Origin: Macrostomum hystrix
Taxonomy: Eukaryota; Animalia; Platyhelminthes
Length of the DNA: 64,000 nucleotides
Direction: 5' to 3'
NCBI GenBank assembly: GCA_950097015.1
Contig: CATNEN010000001.1
Span: 1 to 64,000 of the forward strand
A model generated the notes under the pieces. That model did not search any database. It worked only from the letters and a program-made list of their open reading frames with translations, and was not told the DNA's origin. Every line of letters begins with the position of its first letter. Position 1 is the first letter of the stretch. Shown here in pieces: positions 1-15,000 of the stretch. The translations under genes were made by a program, and so were the position numbers.

Positions 1-3000
1 GGGATCAGGGAGAGGAACAGAGAGGGGATCAGGGAGAGGAACAGAGTGGGGATCAGGGTCAGGAACTGAGAGGGGATCATGGAGAGGAACTGAGAGGGGA
101 TCAGGAGAGGAACTGAGAGGGGATCAGGAGAGGAACTGAGAGGGGATCAGGGAGAGGAACTGAGAGGGGATCAGGGAGAGGAACTGAGAGGGGATCAGGG
201 AGAGGAACTGAGAGGGGATTAGGAGAGGAACTGAGAGGGAATTGGGGTCAGGAACTGAGAGGGGATCAGGGAGAGGAACAGAGAGGGGATCAGGGAGAGG
301 AACAGAGTGGGGATCAGGGTCAGGAACTGAGAGGGAATCATGGAGAGGAACTGAGAGGGGATCAGGGAGAGGTACTGAGAGTGGATCAGGGAGAGGAAAC
401 TGAGAGGGGATCAGGGAGAGGAACTGAGAGGGAATCAGAGAGAGGAACTGAGAGGGAATTGGGGGTCAGAAACTGAGAGGGGATCAGGGAGAGGAACTGA
501 GAGGGGATTAGGGAGAGGAACTGAGAGGGGATCAGGGAGAGGAACTGAGAGTGGATCAGGGAGAGGAACTGAGAGGGGATCTGGGAGAGGAACTGAGAGG
601 GGATCAGGGGGGAGGAACTATGAAAGGATCAGGGAGAGGAACTGAGAGGGGATCAGGGAGAGGAACTGAGAGTGGATCAGGGAGAGGAACTGAGAGGGGA
701 TCAGGGAGAGGAACTGAGAGGGGATCAGGGAGAGGAACTGAGAGGGGATCACGGAGAGGAACTGAGAGGGGATTAGGAAGAGGAACAGAGGGGATCAGGG
801 AGAGGAACAAAGAGGGGATCAGGGAGAGGAACTGAGAGGGGATCAGGGAGAGGAACTGAGAGGGGATCATGGAGAGGAACTGAGAGGGGATTAGGGTCAG
901 GAACTGAGAGGGGATCAGGGAGAGGAACTGAGAGGGGATCAGGGGGAGGAACTGAGAGGGGATCAGGGAGAGAAACTGAGAGGGGATCAGGCAGAGGAAC
1001 TGAGAGGGGGATCAGGGAGAGGAACTGAGAGGGGATCAGGGTGAGGAACTGAGAGGGGATCAGGGAGAGGAACTGAGAGGGGATTAGGAGAGGAACTGAG
1101 AGGGAATTAGGGTCAGGAACTGAGAGGGGATCAGGGAGAGGAACAGAGAGGGGATCAGGGAGAGGAACAGAGTGGGGATCAGGGTCAGGAACTGAGAGGG
1201 AATCATGGAGAGGAACTGAGAGGGGATCAGGGAGAGGAACTGAGAGGGGATCAGGGAGAGGAACTGAGAGGGGATCAGGGAGAGGAACTGAGAGTGGATC
1301 AGGGAGAGGAACTGAGAGGGGATCTGGGAGAGGAACTGAGAGGGGATCAGGGGGAGGAACTATGAGGGGATCAGGGAGAGGAACTGAGAGGGGATCAGGG
1401 AGAGGAACTGAGAGGGGATCAGGGAGAGGAACTGAGAGGGGATCAGGGAGAGAAACTGAGAGGGGATCAGGGAGAGGAACTGAGAGGGGATCAGGGAGAG
1501 GAACTGAGAGGGGATTAGGAAGAGGAACAGAGGGGATCAGGGAGAGGAACAAAGAGGGGCTCAGGGAGAGGAACTGAGAGGGGATCAGGGAGAGGAACTG
1601 AGAGGGGATCATGGAGAGGAACTGAGAGGGGATCAGGGAGAGGAACTGAGAGGCGATAAGGAAGAGGAACAGAGGGGATCAGAGAGAGGAACAGAGAGGG
1701 GATTAGGAAGAGAAACAGAGAGGGTATTAGGAAGAGGAACACAGGGGATTAGGGAGAGGAACAGAGAGTGGATTAGGAGAGGAACAGAGTGGGGATTAGG
1801 AGAGGAACAGAGAGGGATTAGGAGAGGAACATAGAGGGGATTAGGAGGGGAACAGAGTGGGGTGATTAGAATGAGGAACAGAGAGGGCATTAGGGAGAGG
1901 AACTGAGAGGGGATTCGGGAGAGGAACAGAGGGGATCCGAGAGAGATACAGAGGGGATTAGGGAGAGGAACAGAGGGGGGATTAGGAAGAGGAACAGAGA
2001 GGGGATTAGGGTGAGGAACTGAGGGGATCAGGGAGAGGAACTGAGAGGGGATTAGGGTGAGGAACTGAGAGCGGATTAGCTTGAGGAACAGAGAGGGAAT
2101 CGGAGAGAGGAACTGAAATGGAATTGGGGTCAGGAACTGAGAGGGGATCAGGGTGAGAAACAGAGAGGGGAACAGGGTCAGGAACTGAGAGGGGATCAGG
2201 GAGAGGAACTGAGAGGGGATCAGGGAGAGGAACTGAGAGGGGATCAGGGAGAGGAACTGAGAGGGGATTAGGAAGAGGAACAGAGGGGATCAGGGAGAGG
2301 AACAAAGAGGGGATCAGGGAGAGGAACTGAGAGGGGATCAGGGAGAGGAACTGAGAGGGGATCATGGAGAGGAACTGAGAGGGGATCAGGGAGAGGAACT
2401 GAGAGGCGATTAGGAAGAGGAACAGAGGGGATCAGAGAGAGGAACAGAGAGGGGATTAGGAAGAGAAGCAGAGAGGGGATTAGGAAGAGGAACACAGGGG
2501 ATTAGGGAGAGGAACAGAGAGTGGATTAGGAATAGGAACAGAGGGGATCAGGGAGAGGAACAGAGAGGGGATTAGGAGAGGAACAGAGTGGGGATTAGGA
2601 GAGGAACAGAGAGGGATTAGGAGAGGAACATAGAGGGGATTAGGAGGGGAACAGAGAGGGGATTAGGGAGAGGAACTGAGAGGGGATTAGGGATAGGAAC
2701 AGAGGGGATCAGAGAGAGATACAGAGGGGATTAGGGAGAGGAACTGAGAGGGGATTAGGGTGAGGAACAGAGAGGGAATCGGAGAGAGGAACTGAGATGG
2801 AATTGGGGTCAGGAACAGAGAGGGGATCAGTGAGAGGAACAGAGTGGGGATCAGGGTCAGGAACTGAGAGGGGATCAGGGAGAGGAACTGAGAGGGGATC
2901 AGGGGGAGGAACTGAGAGGGGATCAGGGAGAGAAAACTGAGAGGGGATCAGGGAGAGGAACTGAGAGGGAATTGGGGTCAGGAACTGAGAGGGGATCAGG

Positions 3001-6000
3001 GAGAGGAACTGAGAGGGGATCAGGGAGAGGAACTGAGAGGTGATCAGGGAGAGGAACAGAGAGGGGATCAGGGAGAGGAACAGAGTGGGGATCAGGGTCA
3101 GGAACTGAGAGGGGATCATGGAGAGGAACTGAGAGGGGATCAGGGGGAGGAACTGGGAGTGGATTAGGGAGAGAAACTGAGAGGGGATCAGGCAGAGGAA
3201 CTGAGAGTGGATCAGGGAGAGGAACTGAGAGGGGATCAGGGAGAGAAACAGAGAGGGGAGTAGGAGAGGAACAGAGTGGGGATTAGGAGAGGAAAAGAGA
3301 GGGGATTAGGAGAGGAACATAGAGGGGATTAGGAGGGGAACAGAGAGGGGATTAGGAGAGGAACAGAGTGGGGATTAGGAGAGGAACAGAGTGGGGTGAT
3401 TAGAATGAGGAACAGAGAGGGGATTAGGGAGAGGAACTGAGAGGGGATTAGGGTGAGGAACAGAGAGGGGATTAGGGTCAGGAACTGAGAGGGGATCAGG
3501 GAGAGGAACTGAGAGGGGATCAGGGAGAGAAACTGAGAGGGGATCAGGCAGAGGAACTGAGAGGGGATCAGGGAGAGGAACTGAGAGGGGATCAGGGTGA
3601 GGAACTGAGAGGGGATCAGGGAGAGGAACTGAGAGGGGATTAGGAGAGGAACTGAGAGGGAATTAGGGTCAGGAACTGAGAGGGGATCAGGGAGAGGAAC
3701 AGAGAGGGGATCAGGGAGAGGAACAGAGTGGGGATCAGGGTCAGGAACTGAGAGGGGATCATGGAGAGGAACTGAGAGGGGATCAGGGAGAGGAACTGAG
3801 AGGGGATCAGGGAGAGGAACTGAGAGGGGATCAGGGAGAGGAACTGAGAGGGGATCAGGGAGAGGAACTGAGTGGGGATCAGGGTCAGGAACTGAGAGGG
3901 AATCATGGAGAGGAACTGAGAGGGGATCAGGGAGAGGTACTGAGAGGGGATCAGGGAGAGGAACTGAGAGTGGATCAGGGAGAGAAACTGAGAGGGGATC
4001 TGGGAGAGGAACTGAGAGGGGATCAGGGGGAGGAACTATGAGGGGATCAGGGAGAGGAACTGAGAGGGGATCAGGGAGAGGAACTGAGAGGGGATCAGGG
4101 AGAGGAACTGAGAGGGGATCAGGGAGAGAAAACTGAGAGGGGATCAGGGAGAGGAACTGAGAGGGGATCAGGGAGAGGAACTGAGAGGGGATTAGGAAGA
4201 GGAACAGAGGGGATCAGGGAGAGGAACAAAGAGGGGATCAGGGAGAGGAACTGAGAGGGGATCAGGGAGAGGAACTGAGAGGGGATCATGGAGAGGAACT
4301 GAGAGGGGATCAGGGAGAGGAACTAAGAGGCGATAAGGAAGAGGAACAGAGGGGATCAGAGAGAGGAACAGAGAGGGGATTAGGAAGAGAAACAGAGAGG
4401 GGATTAGGAAGAGGAACACAGGGGATTAGGGAGAGGAACAGAAAGTGGATTAGGAGAGGAACAGAGTGGGGATTAGGAGAGGAACAGAGAGGGATTAGGA
4501 GAGGAACATAGAGGGGATTAGGAGGGGAACAGAGTGGGGTGATTAGAATGAGGAACAGAGAGGGGATTAGGGAGAGGAACTGAGAGGGGATTAGGGAGAG
4601 GAACAGAGGGGATCCGAGAGAGATACAGAGGGGATTAGGGAGAGGAACAGAGGGGGGATTAGGAAGAGGAACAGAGAGGGGATTAGGGTGAGGAACTGAG
4701 TGGATCAGGGAGAGGAACTGAGAGGGGATTAGGGTGAGGAACTGAGAGCGGATTAGGTTGAGGAACAGAGAGGGAATCGGAGAGAGGAACTGAAATGGAA
4801 TTGGGGTCAGGAACTGAGAGGGGATCAGGGTGAGAAACAGAGAGGGGATCAGGGTCAGGAACTGAGAGGGGATCAGGGAGAGGAACTGAGAGGGGATCAG
4901 GGAGAGGAACTGAGAGGGGATCAGGGAGAGGAACTGAGAGGGGATTAGGAAGAGGAACAGAGGGGATCAGGGAGAGGAACAAAGAGGGGATCAGGGAGAG
5001 GAGCTGAGAGGGGATCAGGGAGAGGAACTGAGAGGGGATCATGGAGAGGAACTGAGAGGCGATTAGGAAGAGGAACAGAGGGGATCATAGAGAGGAACAG
5101 AGAGGGGATTAGGAAGAGGAACACAGGGGATTAGGGAGAGGAACAGAGAGTGGATTAGGAATAGGAACAGAGGGGATCAGGGAGAGGAACAGAGAGGGGA
5201 TTAGGAGAGGAACAGAGTGGGGATTAGGAGAGGAACTGAGAGGGATTAGGCGAGGAACATAGAGGGGATTCGGAGGGGAACAGAGAGGGGATTAGGGAGA
5301 GGAACTGAGAGGGGATTAGGGAGAGGAACAGAGGGGATCAGAGAGAGATACAGAGGGGATTAGGGAGAGGAACTGAGAGGGGATTAGGGTGAGGAACAGA
5401 GGGGGAATCGGAGAGCGGAACTGAGATGGAATTGGGGTCAGGAACTGAGAGGGGATCAGGGAGAGGAACAGAGAGGGGATCAGTGAGAGGAACAGAGTGG
5501 GGATCAGGGTCAGGAACTGAGAGGGGATCAGGGAGAGGAACTGAGAGGTGATCAGGGGGAGGAACTGAGAGGGGATCAGGGAGAGAAACTGAGAGGGGAT
5601 CAGGGAGAGGAACTGAGAGGGAATTGGGGTCAGGAACTGAGAGGGGATCAGGGAGAGGAACTGAGAGGGGATCAGGGAGAGGAACTGAGAGGGGATCAGG
5701 GAGAGGAACTGAGAGGGGATCAGGGAGAGGAACAGAGAGGGGATCAGGGAGAGGAACAGAGTGGGGAACAGGGTCAGGAACTGAGAGGGGATCATGGAGA
5801 GGAACTGAGAGGGGATCAGGGGGAGGAACTGGGAGTGGATTAGGGAGAGAAACTGAGAGGGGATCAGGCAGAGGAACTAAGAGTGGATCAGGGAGAGGAA
5901 CTGAGAGGGGATCAGGGAGAGAAACAGAGAGGGGAGTAGGAGAGGAACAGAGTGGGGATTAGGAGAGGAACAGAGAGGGGATTAGGAGAGGAACATAGAG

Positions 6001-9000
6001 GGGATTAGGAGGGGAACAGAGAGGGGATTAGGAGAGGAACAGAGTGGGGATTAGGAGAGGAACAGAGTGGGGTGATTAGAATGAGGAACAGAGAGGGGAT
6101 TAGGGAGAGGAACTGAGAGGGGATTAGGGAGAGGAACAGAGAGGGGATTAGGGTCAGGAACTGAGAGGGGATCAGGGAGAGGAAGTGAGAGGGGATCAGG
6201 GGGAGGAACTGAGAGGGGATCAGGGAGAGAAACTGAGAGGGGATCAGGCAGAGGAACTGAGAGGGGATCAGGGAGAGGAACTGAGAGGGGATCAGGGTGA
6301 GGAACTGAGAGGGGATCAGGGAGAGGAACTGAGAGGGGATTAGGAGAGGAACTGAGAGGGAATTAGGGTCAGGAACTGAGAGGGGATCAGGGAGAGGAAC
6401 AGAGAGGGGATCAGGGAGAGGAACAGAGTGGGGATCAGGGTCAGGAACTGAGAGGGGATCATGGAGAGGAACTGAGAGGGGATCAGGGAGAGGAACTGAG
6501 AGGGGATCAGGGAGAGGAACTGAGAGGGGATCAGGGAGAGGAACTGAGAGGGGATCAGGGAGAGATACAGAGGGGATTAGGGAGAGGAACAGAGGGGGGA
6601 TTAGGAAGAGGAACAGAGAGGGGATTAGGGTGAGGAACTGAGTGGATCAGGGAGAGGAACTGAGAGGGGATTAGGGTGAGGAACTGAGAGCGGATTAGGT
6701 TGAGGAACAGAGAGGGAATCGGAGAGAGGAACTGAAATGGAATTGGGGTCAGGAACTGAGAGGGGATCAGGGTGAGAAACAGAGAGGGGATCAGGGTCAG
6801 GAACTGAGAGGGGATCAGGGAGAGGAACTGAGAGGGGATCAGGGAGAGGAACTGAGAGGGGATCAGGGAGAGGAACTGAGAGGGGATTAGGAAGAGGAAC
6901 AGAGGGGATCAGGGAGAGGAACAAAGAGGGGATCAGGGAGAGGAGCTGAGAGGGGATCAGGGAGAGGAACTGAGAGGGGATCATGGAGAGGAACTGAGAG
7001 GCGATTAGGAAGAGGAACAGAGGGGATCATAGAGAGGAACAGAGAGGGGATTAGGAAGAGGAACACAGGGGATTAGGGAGAGGAACAGAGAGTGGATTAG
7101 GAATAGGAACAGAGGGGATCAGGGAGAGGAACAGAGAGGGGATTAGGAGAGGAACAGAGTGGGGATTAGGAGAGGAACTGAGAGGGATTAGGCGAGGAAC
7201 ATAGAGGGGATTCGGAGGGGAACAGAGAGGGGATTAGGGAGAGGAACTGAGAGGGGATTAGGGAGAGGAACAGAGGGGATCAGAGAGAGATACAGAGGGG
7301 ATTAGGGAGAGGAACTGAGAGGGGATTAGGGTGAGGAACAGAGGGGGAATCGGAGAGCGGAACTGAGATGGAATTGGGGTCAGGAACTGAGAGGGGATCA
7401 GGGAGAGGAACAGAGAGGGGATCAGTGAGAGGAACAGAGTGGGGATCAGGGTCAGGAACTGAGAGGGGATCAGGGAGAGGAACTGAGAGGTGATCAGGGG
7501 GAGGAACTGAGAGGGGATCAGGGAGAGAAACTGAGAGGGGATCAGGGAGAGGAACTGAGAGGGAATTGGGGTCAGGAACTGAGAGGGGATCAGGGAGAGG
7601 AACTGAGAGGGGATCAGGGAGAGGAACTGAGAGGGGATCAGGGAGAGGAACTGAGAGGGGATCAGGGAGAGGAACAGAGAGGGGATCAGGGAGAGGAACA
7701 GAGTGGGGAACAGGGTCAGGAACTGAGAGGGGATCATGGAGAGGAACTGAGAGGGGATCAGGGGGAGGAACTGGGAGTGGATTAGGGAGAGAAACTGAGA
7801 GGGGATCAGGCAGAGGAACTAAGAGTGGATCAGGGAGAGGAACTGAGAGGGGATCAGGGAGAGAAACAGAGAGGGGAGTAGGAGAGGAACAGAGTGGGGA
7901 TTAGGAGAGGAACAGAGAGGGGATTAGGAGAGGAACATAGAGGGGATTAGGAGGGGAACAGAGAGGGGATTAGGAGAGGAACAGAGTGGGGATTAGGAGA
8001 GGAACAGAGTGGGGTGATTAGAATGAGGAACAGAGAGGGGATTAGGGAGAGGAACTGAGAGGGGATTAGGGAGAGGAACAGAGAGGGGATTAGGGTCAGG
8101 AACTGAGAGGGGATCAGGGAGAGGAAGTGAGAGGGGATCAGGGGGAGGAACTGAGAGGGGATCAGGGAGAGAAACTGAGAGGGGATCAGGCAGAGGAACT
8201 GAGAGGGGATCAGGGAGAGGAACTGAGAGGGGATCAGGGTGAGGAACTGAGAGGGGATCAGGGAGAGGAACTGAGAGGGGATTAGGAGAGGAACTGAGAG
8301 GGAATTAGGGTCAGGAACTGAGAGGGGATCAGGGAGAGGAACAGAGAGGGGATCAGGGAGAGGAACAGAGTGGGGATCAGGGTCAGGAACTGAGAGGGGA
8401 TCATGGAGAGGAACTGAGAGGGGATCAGGGAGAGGAACTGAGAGGGGATCAGGGAGAGGAACTGAGAGGGGATCAGGGAGAGGAACTGAGAGGGGATCAG
8501 GGAGAGGAACTGAGAGGGGATTAGGAGAGGAACTGAGAGGGAATTGGGGTCAGGAACTGAGAGGGGATCAGGGAGAGGAACAGAGAGGGGATCAGGGAGA
8601 GGAACAGAGTGGGGATCAGGGAGAGGAACTGAGAGTGGATCAGGGAGAGGAACTGAGAGGGGATCAGGGAGAGGAACTGAGAGGGAATCACAGAGAGGAA
8701 CTGAGAGGGAATTGGGGTCAGTAACTGAGAGGGGATCAGGGAGAGGAACTGAGAGGGGATTAGGGAGAGGAACTGAGAGGGGATCAGGGAGAGGAACTGA
8801 GAGGGGATCAGGGAGAGGAACTGAGAGGGGATCAGGGAGAGGAACTGAGAGTGGATCAGGTAGAGGAACTGAGAGGGGATCAGGGAGAGGAACTGAGAGG
8901 GGATCAGGGGGAGGAACTATGAGGGGATCAGGGAGAGGAACTGAGAGGGGATCAGGGAGAGGAACTGAGAGTGGATCAGGGAGAGGAACTGAGAGGGGAT

Positions 9001-12000
9001 CAGGGAGAGGAACTGAGAGGGGATCAGGGAGAGGAACTGAGAGGGGATCAGGGAGAGGAACTGAGAGGGGATTAGGAAGAGGAACAGAGGGGATCAGGGA
9101 GAGGAACAAAGAGGGGATCAGGGAGAGGAACTGAGAGGGGATCAGGGAGAGGAACTGAGAGGGGATCATGGAGAGGAACTGAGAGGGGATCAGGGAGAGG
9201 AACTGAGAGGCGATTAGGAAGAGGAACAGAGGGGATCAGAGAGAGGAACAGAGAGGGGATTAGGAAGAGAAACAGAGAGGGGATTAGGAAGAGGAACACA
9301 GGGGATTTGGAGAGGAACAGAGAGTGGATTAGGAATAGGAACAGAGGGGATCAGGGAGAGGAACAGAGAGTGGATTAGGAGAGGAACAGAGTGGGGATTA
9401 GGAGAGGAACAGAGAGGGATTAGGAGAGGAACATAGAGGGGATTAGGAGGGGAACAGAGTGGGGTGATTAGAGTGAGGAACAGAGAGGGGATTAGGGAGA
9501 GGAACTGAGAGGGGATTAGGGAGAGGAACAGAGGGGATCAGAGAGAGATACAGAGGGGATTAGGGAGAGGAACAGAGGGGGGATTAGGAAGAGGAACAGA
9601 GAGGGGATTAGGGTGAGGAACTGAGGGGATCAGGGAGAGGAACTGAGAGGGGATTAGGGTGAGGAACTGAGAGGGGATTAGGGTGAGGAACAGAGAGGGA
9701 ATCGGAGAGAGGAACTGAAATGGAATTGGGGTCAGGAACTGAGAGGGGATCAGGGAGAGGAACAGAGAGGGGATCAGGGTCAGGAACTGAGAGGGGATCA
9801 GGGAGAGGAACTGAGAGGGGATCAGGGGAAGGAACTGAGAGGGGATCAGGGAGAGAAACTGAGAGGGAATCAGGCAGACGAACTGAGAGGGGATCAGGGA
9901 GAGGAACTGAGAGGGGATCAGGGGGAGGAACTGAGAGGGGATCAGGGAGAGAAACTGAGAGGGGATCAGGCAGAGGAACTGAGAGGGGATCAGGGAGAGG
10001 ATCTGAGAGGGGATCAGGAAGAGGAACAAAGAGGCGATTAGGAGAGGAACAGAGTGGGGATTAGGAGAGGAACAGAGAGGGGATTAGGAAAGGAACATAG
10101 AGGGGATTAGGAGGGGAACAGAGAGGGGATTAGGAGAGGAACAGAGTGGGGATTAGGAGAGGAACAGAGTGGGGATTAGGGAGAGGAACTGAGTGGGGAT
10201 TAGGGAGAGGAACAGAGGGGATTAGAGAGAGGAACAGAGGGGATTAGGGAGAGGAACAGAGGGGGGATTAGGAAGAGGAACAGAGAGGGGATTAGGGTGA
10301 GGAACAGAGGGGATCAGGGAGAGGAACTGAGAGGGGATTAGGGTGAGGAAATAAGAGGGGATTAGGGTGAGTAACAGAGAGGGAATCGGAGAGAGGAACT
10401 GAGATGGAATTGGGGTCAGGAACTGAGAGGGGATCAGGGAGAGGAACAGAGAGGGGATCAGGAAGAGGAACAGATTGGGGAGCAGGGTCAGGAACTGAGA
10501 GGGGATCAGGGAGAGGAACTGAGAGGGGATCAGGGGGAGGAACTGAGAGGGGATCAGGGAGAGAAACTGAGAGGGGATCAGGCAGAGGAACTTCGAGGGG
10601 ATCAGGGAGAGGAACTGAGAGGCGATTAGGAAGAGGAACAGAGGGGATCAGAGAGAGGAACAGAGAGGGGATTAGGAAGAGAAACAGAGAGGGGATTAGG
10701 AAGAGGAACACAGGGGATTTGGAGAGGAACAGAGAGTGGATTAGGAATAGGAACAGAGGGGATCAGGGAGAGGAACAGAGAGGGGATTAGGAGAGGAACA
10801 GAGTGGGGATTAGGAGAGGAACAGAGAGGGATTAGGAGAGGAACATAGAGGGGATTAGGAGGGGAACAGAGTGGGGTGATTAGAGTGAGGAACAGAGAGG
10901 GGATTAGGGAGAGGAACTGAGAGGGGATTAGGGAGAGGAACAGAGGGGATCAGAGAGAAATACAGAGGGGATTAGGGAGAGGAACAGAGGGGGGATTAGG
11001 AAGAGGAACAGAGAGGGGATTAGGGTGAGGAACTGAGGGGATCAGGGAGAGGAACTGAGAGGGGATTAGGGTGAGGAACTGAGAGGGGATTAGGGTGAGG
11101 AACAGAGAGGGAATCGGAGAGAGGAACTGAAATGGAATTGGGGTCAGGAACTGAGAGGGGATCAGGGAGAGGAACAGAGAGGGGATCAGGGTCAGGAACT
11201 GAGAGGGGATCAGGGAGAGGAACTGAGAGGGGATCAGGGGAAGGAACTGAGAGGGGATCAGGGAGAGAAACTGAGAGGGAATCAGGCAGACGAACTGAGA
11301 GGGGATCAGGGAGAGGAACTGAGAGGGGATCAGGGGGAGGAACTGAGAGGGGATCAGGGAGAGAAACTGAGAGGGAATCAGGCAGAGGAACTGAGAGGGG
11401 ATCAGGGAGAGGATCTGAGAGGGGATCAGGAAGAGGAACAAAGAGGCGATTAGGAGAGGAACAGAGTGGGGATTAGGAGAGGAACAGAGAGGGGATTAGG
11501 AAAGGAACATAGAGGGGATTAGGAGGGGAACAGAGACGGGATTAGGAGAGGAACAGAGTGGGGATTAGGAGAGGAACAGAGTGGGGATTAGGGAGAGGAA
11601 CTGAGTGGGGATTAGGGAGAGGAACAGAGGGGATTAGAGAGAGGAACAGAGGGGATTAGGGAGAGGAACAGAGGGGGGATTAGGAAGAGGAACAGAGAGG
11701 GGATTAGGGTGAGGAACAGAGGGGATCAGGGAGAGGAACTGAGAGGGGATTAGGGTGAGGAAATGAGAGGGGATTAGGGTGAGTAACAGAGAGGGAATCG
11801 GAGAGAGGAACTGAGATGGAATTGGGGTCAGGAACTGAGAGGGGATCAGGGAGAGGAACAGAGAGGGGATCAGGAAGAGGAACAGATTGGGGAGCAGGGT
11901 CAGGAACTGAGAGGGGATCAGGGAGAGGAACTGAGAGGGGATCAGGGGGAGGAACTGAGAGGGGATCAGGGAGAGAAACTGAGAGGGGATCAGGCAGAGG

Positions 12001-15000
12001 AACTTCGAGGGGATCAGGGAGAGGAACTGAGAGGGGATCAGGGTGAGGAACTGAGAGGGGATTAGGAGAGGAACTGAGAGGGAATTAGGGTCAGGAACTG
12101 AGAGGGGATCAGGGAGAGGAACAGAGAGGGGATCAGGGAGAGGAACAGAGTGGGGATCAGGGTCAGGAACTGAGAGGGGATCATGGAGAGGAACTGAGAG
12201 GGAATCAGAGAGAGGAACTGAGAGGGAATTGGGGTCAGTAACTGAGAGGGGATCAGGGAGAGGAACTGAGAGGTGGATTAGGGAGAGGAACTGAGAGGGG
12301 ATCAGGGAGAGGAACTGAGAGGGGATCAGGGAGAGGAACTGAGAGGGGATCAGGGAGAGGAACTGAGAGTGGATCAGGGAGAGGAACTGAGAGGGGATCA
12401 GGGAGAGGAACTGAGAGGGGATCAGGGGGAGGAACTATGAGGGGATCAGGGAGAGGAACTGAGAGGGGATCAGGGAGAGGAACTGAGAGTGGATCAGGGA
12501 GAGGAACTGAGAGGGGATCAGGGAGAGGAACTGAGAGGGGATCAGGGAGAGGAACTGAGAGGGAATTAGGAAGAGGAACAGAGGGGATCAGGGAGAGGAA
12601 CAAAGAGGGGATCAGGTAGAGGAACTGAGAGGGAATTAGGAAGAGGAACAGATGGGATCAGGGAGAGGAACAAAGAGGGGATCAGGGAGAGGAACTGAGA
12701 GGGGATCAGGGAGAGGAACTGAGAGGTGATCATGGAGAGGAACTGAGAGGCGATTAGGAAGAGGAACAGAGGGGATCAGAGAGAGGAACAGAGAGGGGAT
12801 TAGGAAGAGAAACAGAGAGGGGATTAGGAAGAGGAACACAGGGGATGAGGGAGAGGAACAGAGAGTGGATTAGGAATAGGAACAGAGGGGATCAGGGAGA
12901 GGAACAGAGAGGGGATTAGGAGAGAAACAGAGTGGGGATTAGGAGAGGAACAGAGAGGGATTAGGAGAGGAACATAGAGGGGATTAGGAGGGGAACAGAG
13001 TGGGGTGATTAGAATGAGGAACAGAGAGGGGATTAGGGAGAGGAACTGAGAGGGGATCAGGGAGAGGAACAGAGAGGGGATCAGGGAGAGGAACAGAGTG
13101 GGGATCAGGGTCAGGAACTGAGAGGGGATCAGGGAGAGGAACTGAGAGGGGATCAGGGGGAGGAACTGAGAGGGGATCAGGCAGAGGAACTGAGAGGGGA
13201 TCAGGGAGTGGAACTGAGAGGGGATCAGGGTGAGGAACTGAGAGGGGATCAGGGAGAGGAACTGAGAGGGGATTAGGAGAGGAACTGAGAGGGAATTGGG
13301 GTCAGGAACTGAGAGGGGATCAGGGAGAGGAACAGAGAGGGGATCAGGGAGAGGAACTAAGAGGGGATCAGCGAGAGGAATTGAGAGGGGATCAGGGAGA
13401 GAAACAGAGAGGGGATTAGGAGAGGAACAGAGTGGGGATTAGGAGAGGAACATAGAGGGGATTAGGAGGGCAACAGAGAGGGGATTTGGAGAGGAACAGA
13501 GTGGGGATTAGGAGAGGAACAGAGTGGGGTGATTAGAATGAGGAACAGAGAGGGGATCATGGAGAGGAACTGAGAGGGGATCAGGGAGAGGAACTGAGAG
13601 GCGATAAGGAAGAGGAACAGAGGGGATCAGAGAGTGGAACAGAGAGGGGATTAGGAAGAGAAACGGAGAGGGGATTAGGAAGAGGAACACAGGGGATTAG
13701 GGAGAGGAACAGAGAGTGGATTAGGAGAGGAACAGAGTGGGGATTAGGAGAGGAACAGAGAGGGATTAGGAGAGGAACATAGAGGGGATTAGGAGGGGAA
13801 CAGAGTGGGGTGATTAGAATGAGGAACAGAGAGGGGATTAGGGAGAGGAACTGAGAGGGGATAAGGGAGAGGAACAGAGGGGATCAGAGAGAGATACAGA
13901 GGGGATTAGGGAGAGGAACAGAGGGGGGATTAGGAAGAGGAACAGAGAGGGGATTAGGGTGAGGAACTGAGGGGATCAGGGAGAGGAACTGAGAGGGGAT
14001 TAGGGTGAGGAACTGAGAGCGGATTAGGTTGAGGAACAGAGAGGGAATCGGAGAGAGGAACTGAAATGGAATTGGGGTCAGGAACTGAGAGGGGATCAGG
14101 GTGAGGAACAGAGAGGGGATCAGGGTCAGGAACTGAGAGGGGATCAGGGAGAGGAACTGAGAGGGGATCAGGGAGAGGAACTGAGAGTGGATCAGGGAGA
14201 GGAACTGAGAGGGGATCAGGGAGAGGAACTGAGAGGGGATCAGGGAGAGGAACTGAGAGGGGATCAGGGAGAGGAACTGAGAGGGAATTAGGAAGAGGAA
14301 CAGAGGGGATCAGGGAGAGGAACAAAGAGGGGATCAGGGAGAGGAACTGAGAGGGGATCAGGGAGAGGAACTGAGAGGTGATCATGGAGAGGAACTGAGA
14401 GGCGATTAGGAAGAGGAACAGAGGGGATCAGAGAGAGGAACAGAGAGGGGATTAGGAAGAGAAACAGAGAGGGGATTAGGAAGAGGAACACAGGGGATGA
14501 GGGAGAGGAACAGAGAGTGGATTAGGAATAGGAACAGAGGGGATCAGGGAGAGGAACAGAGAGGGGATTAGGAGAGGAACAGAGTGGGGATTAGGAGAGG
14601 AACAGAGAGGGATTAGGAGAGGAACATAGAGGGGATTTGGAGGGGAACAGAGTGGGGTGATTAGAATGAGGAACAGAGAGGCGATTAGGGAGAGGAACTG
14701 AGAGGGGATTAGGGAGAGGAACAGAGGGGATCAGAGAGAGATACAGAAAGGATTAGGGAGAGGAACTGAGAGGGGATTAGGGTGAGGAACAGAGAGGGAA
14801 TCGGAGAGAGGAACTGAGATGGAATTGGGGTCAGGAACTGAGAGGGGATCAGGGAGAGGAACAGAGAGGGGATCAGTGAGAGGAACAGAGTGGGGATCAG
14901 GGTCAGGAACTGAGAGGGGATCAGGGAGAGGAACTGAGAGGGGATCAGGGGGAGGAACTGAGAGGGGATTAGGGTGAGGAACAGAGAGGGAATCGGAGAG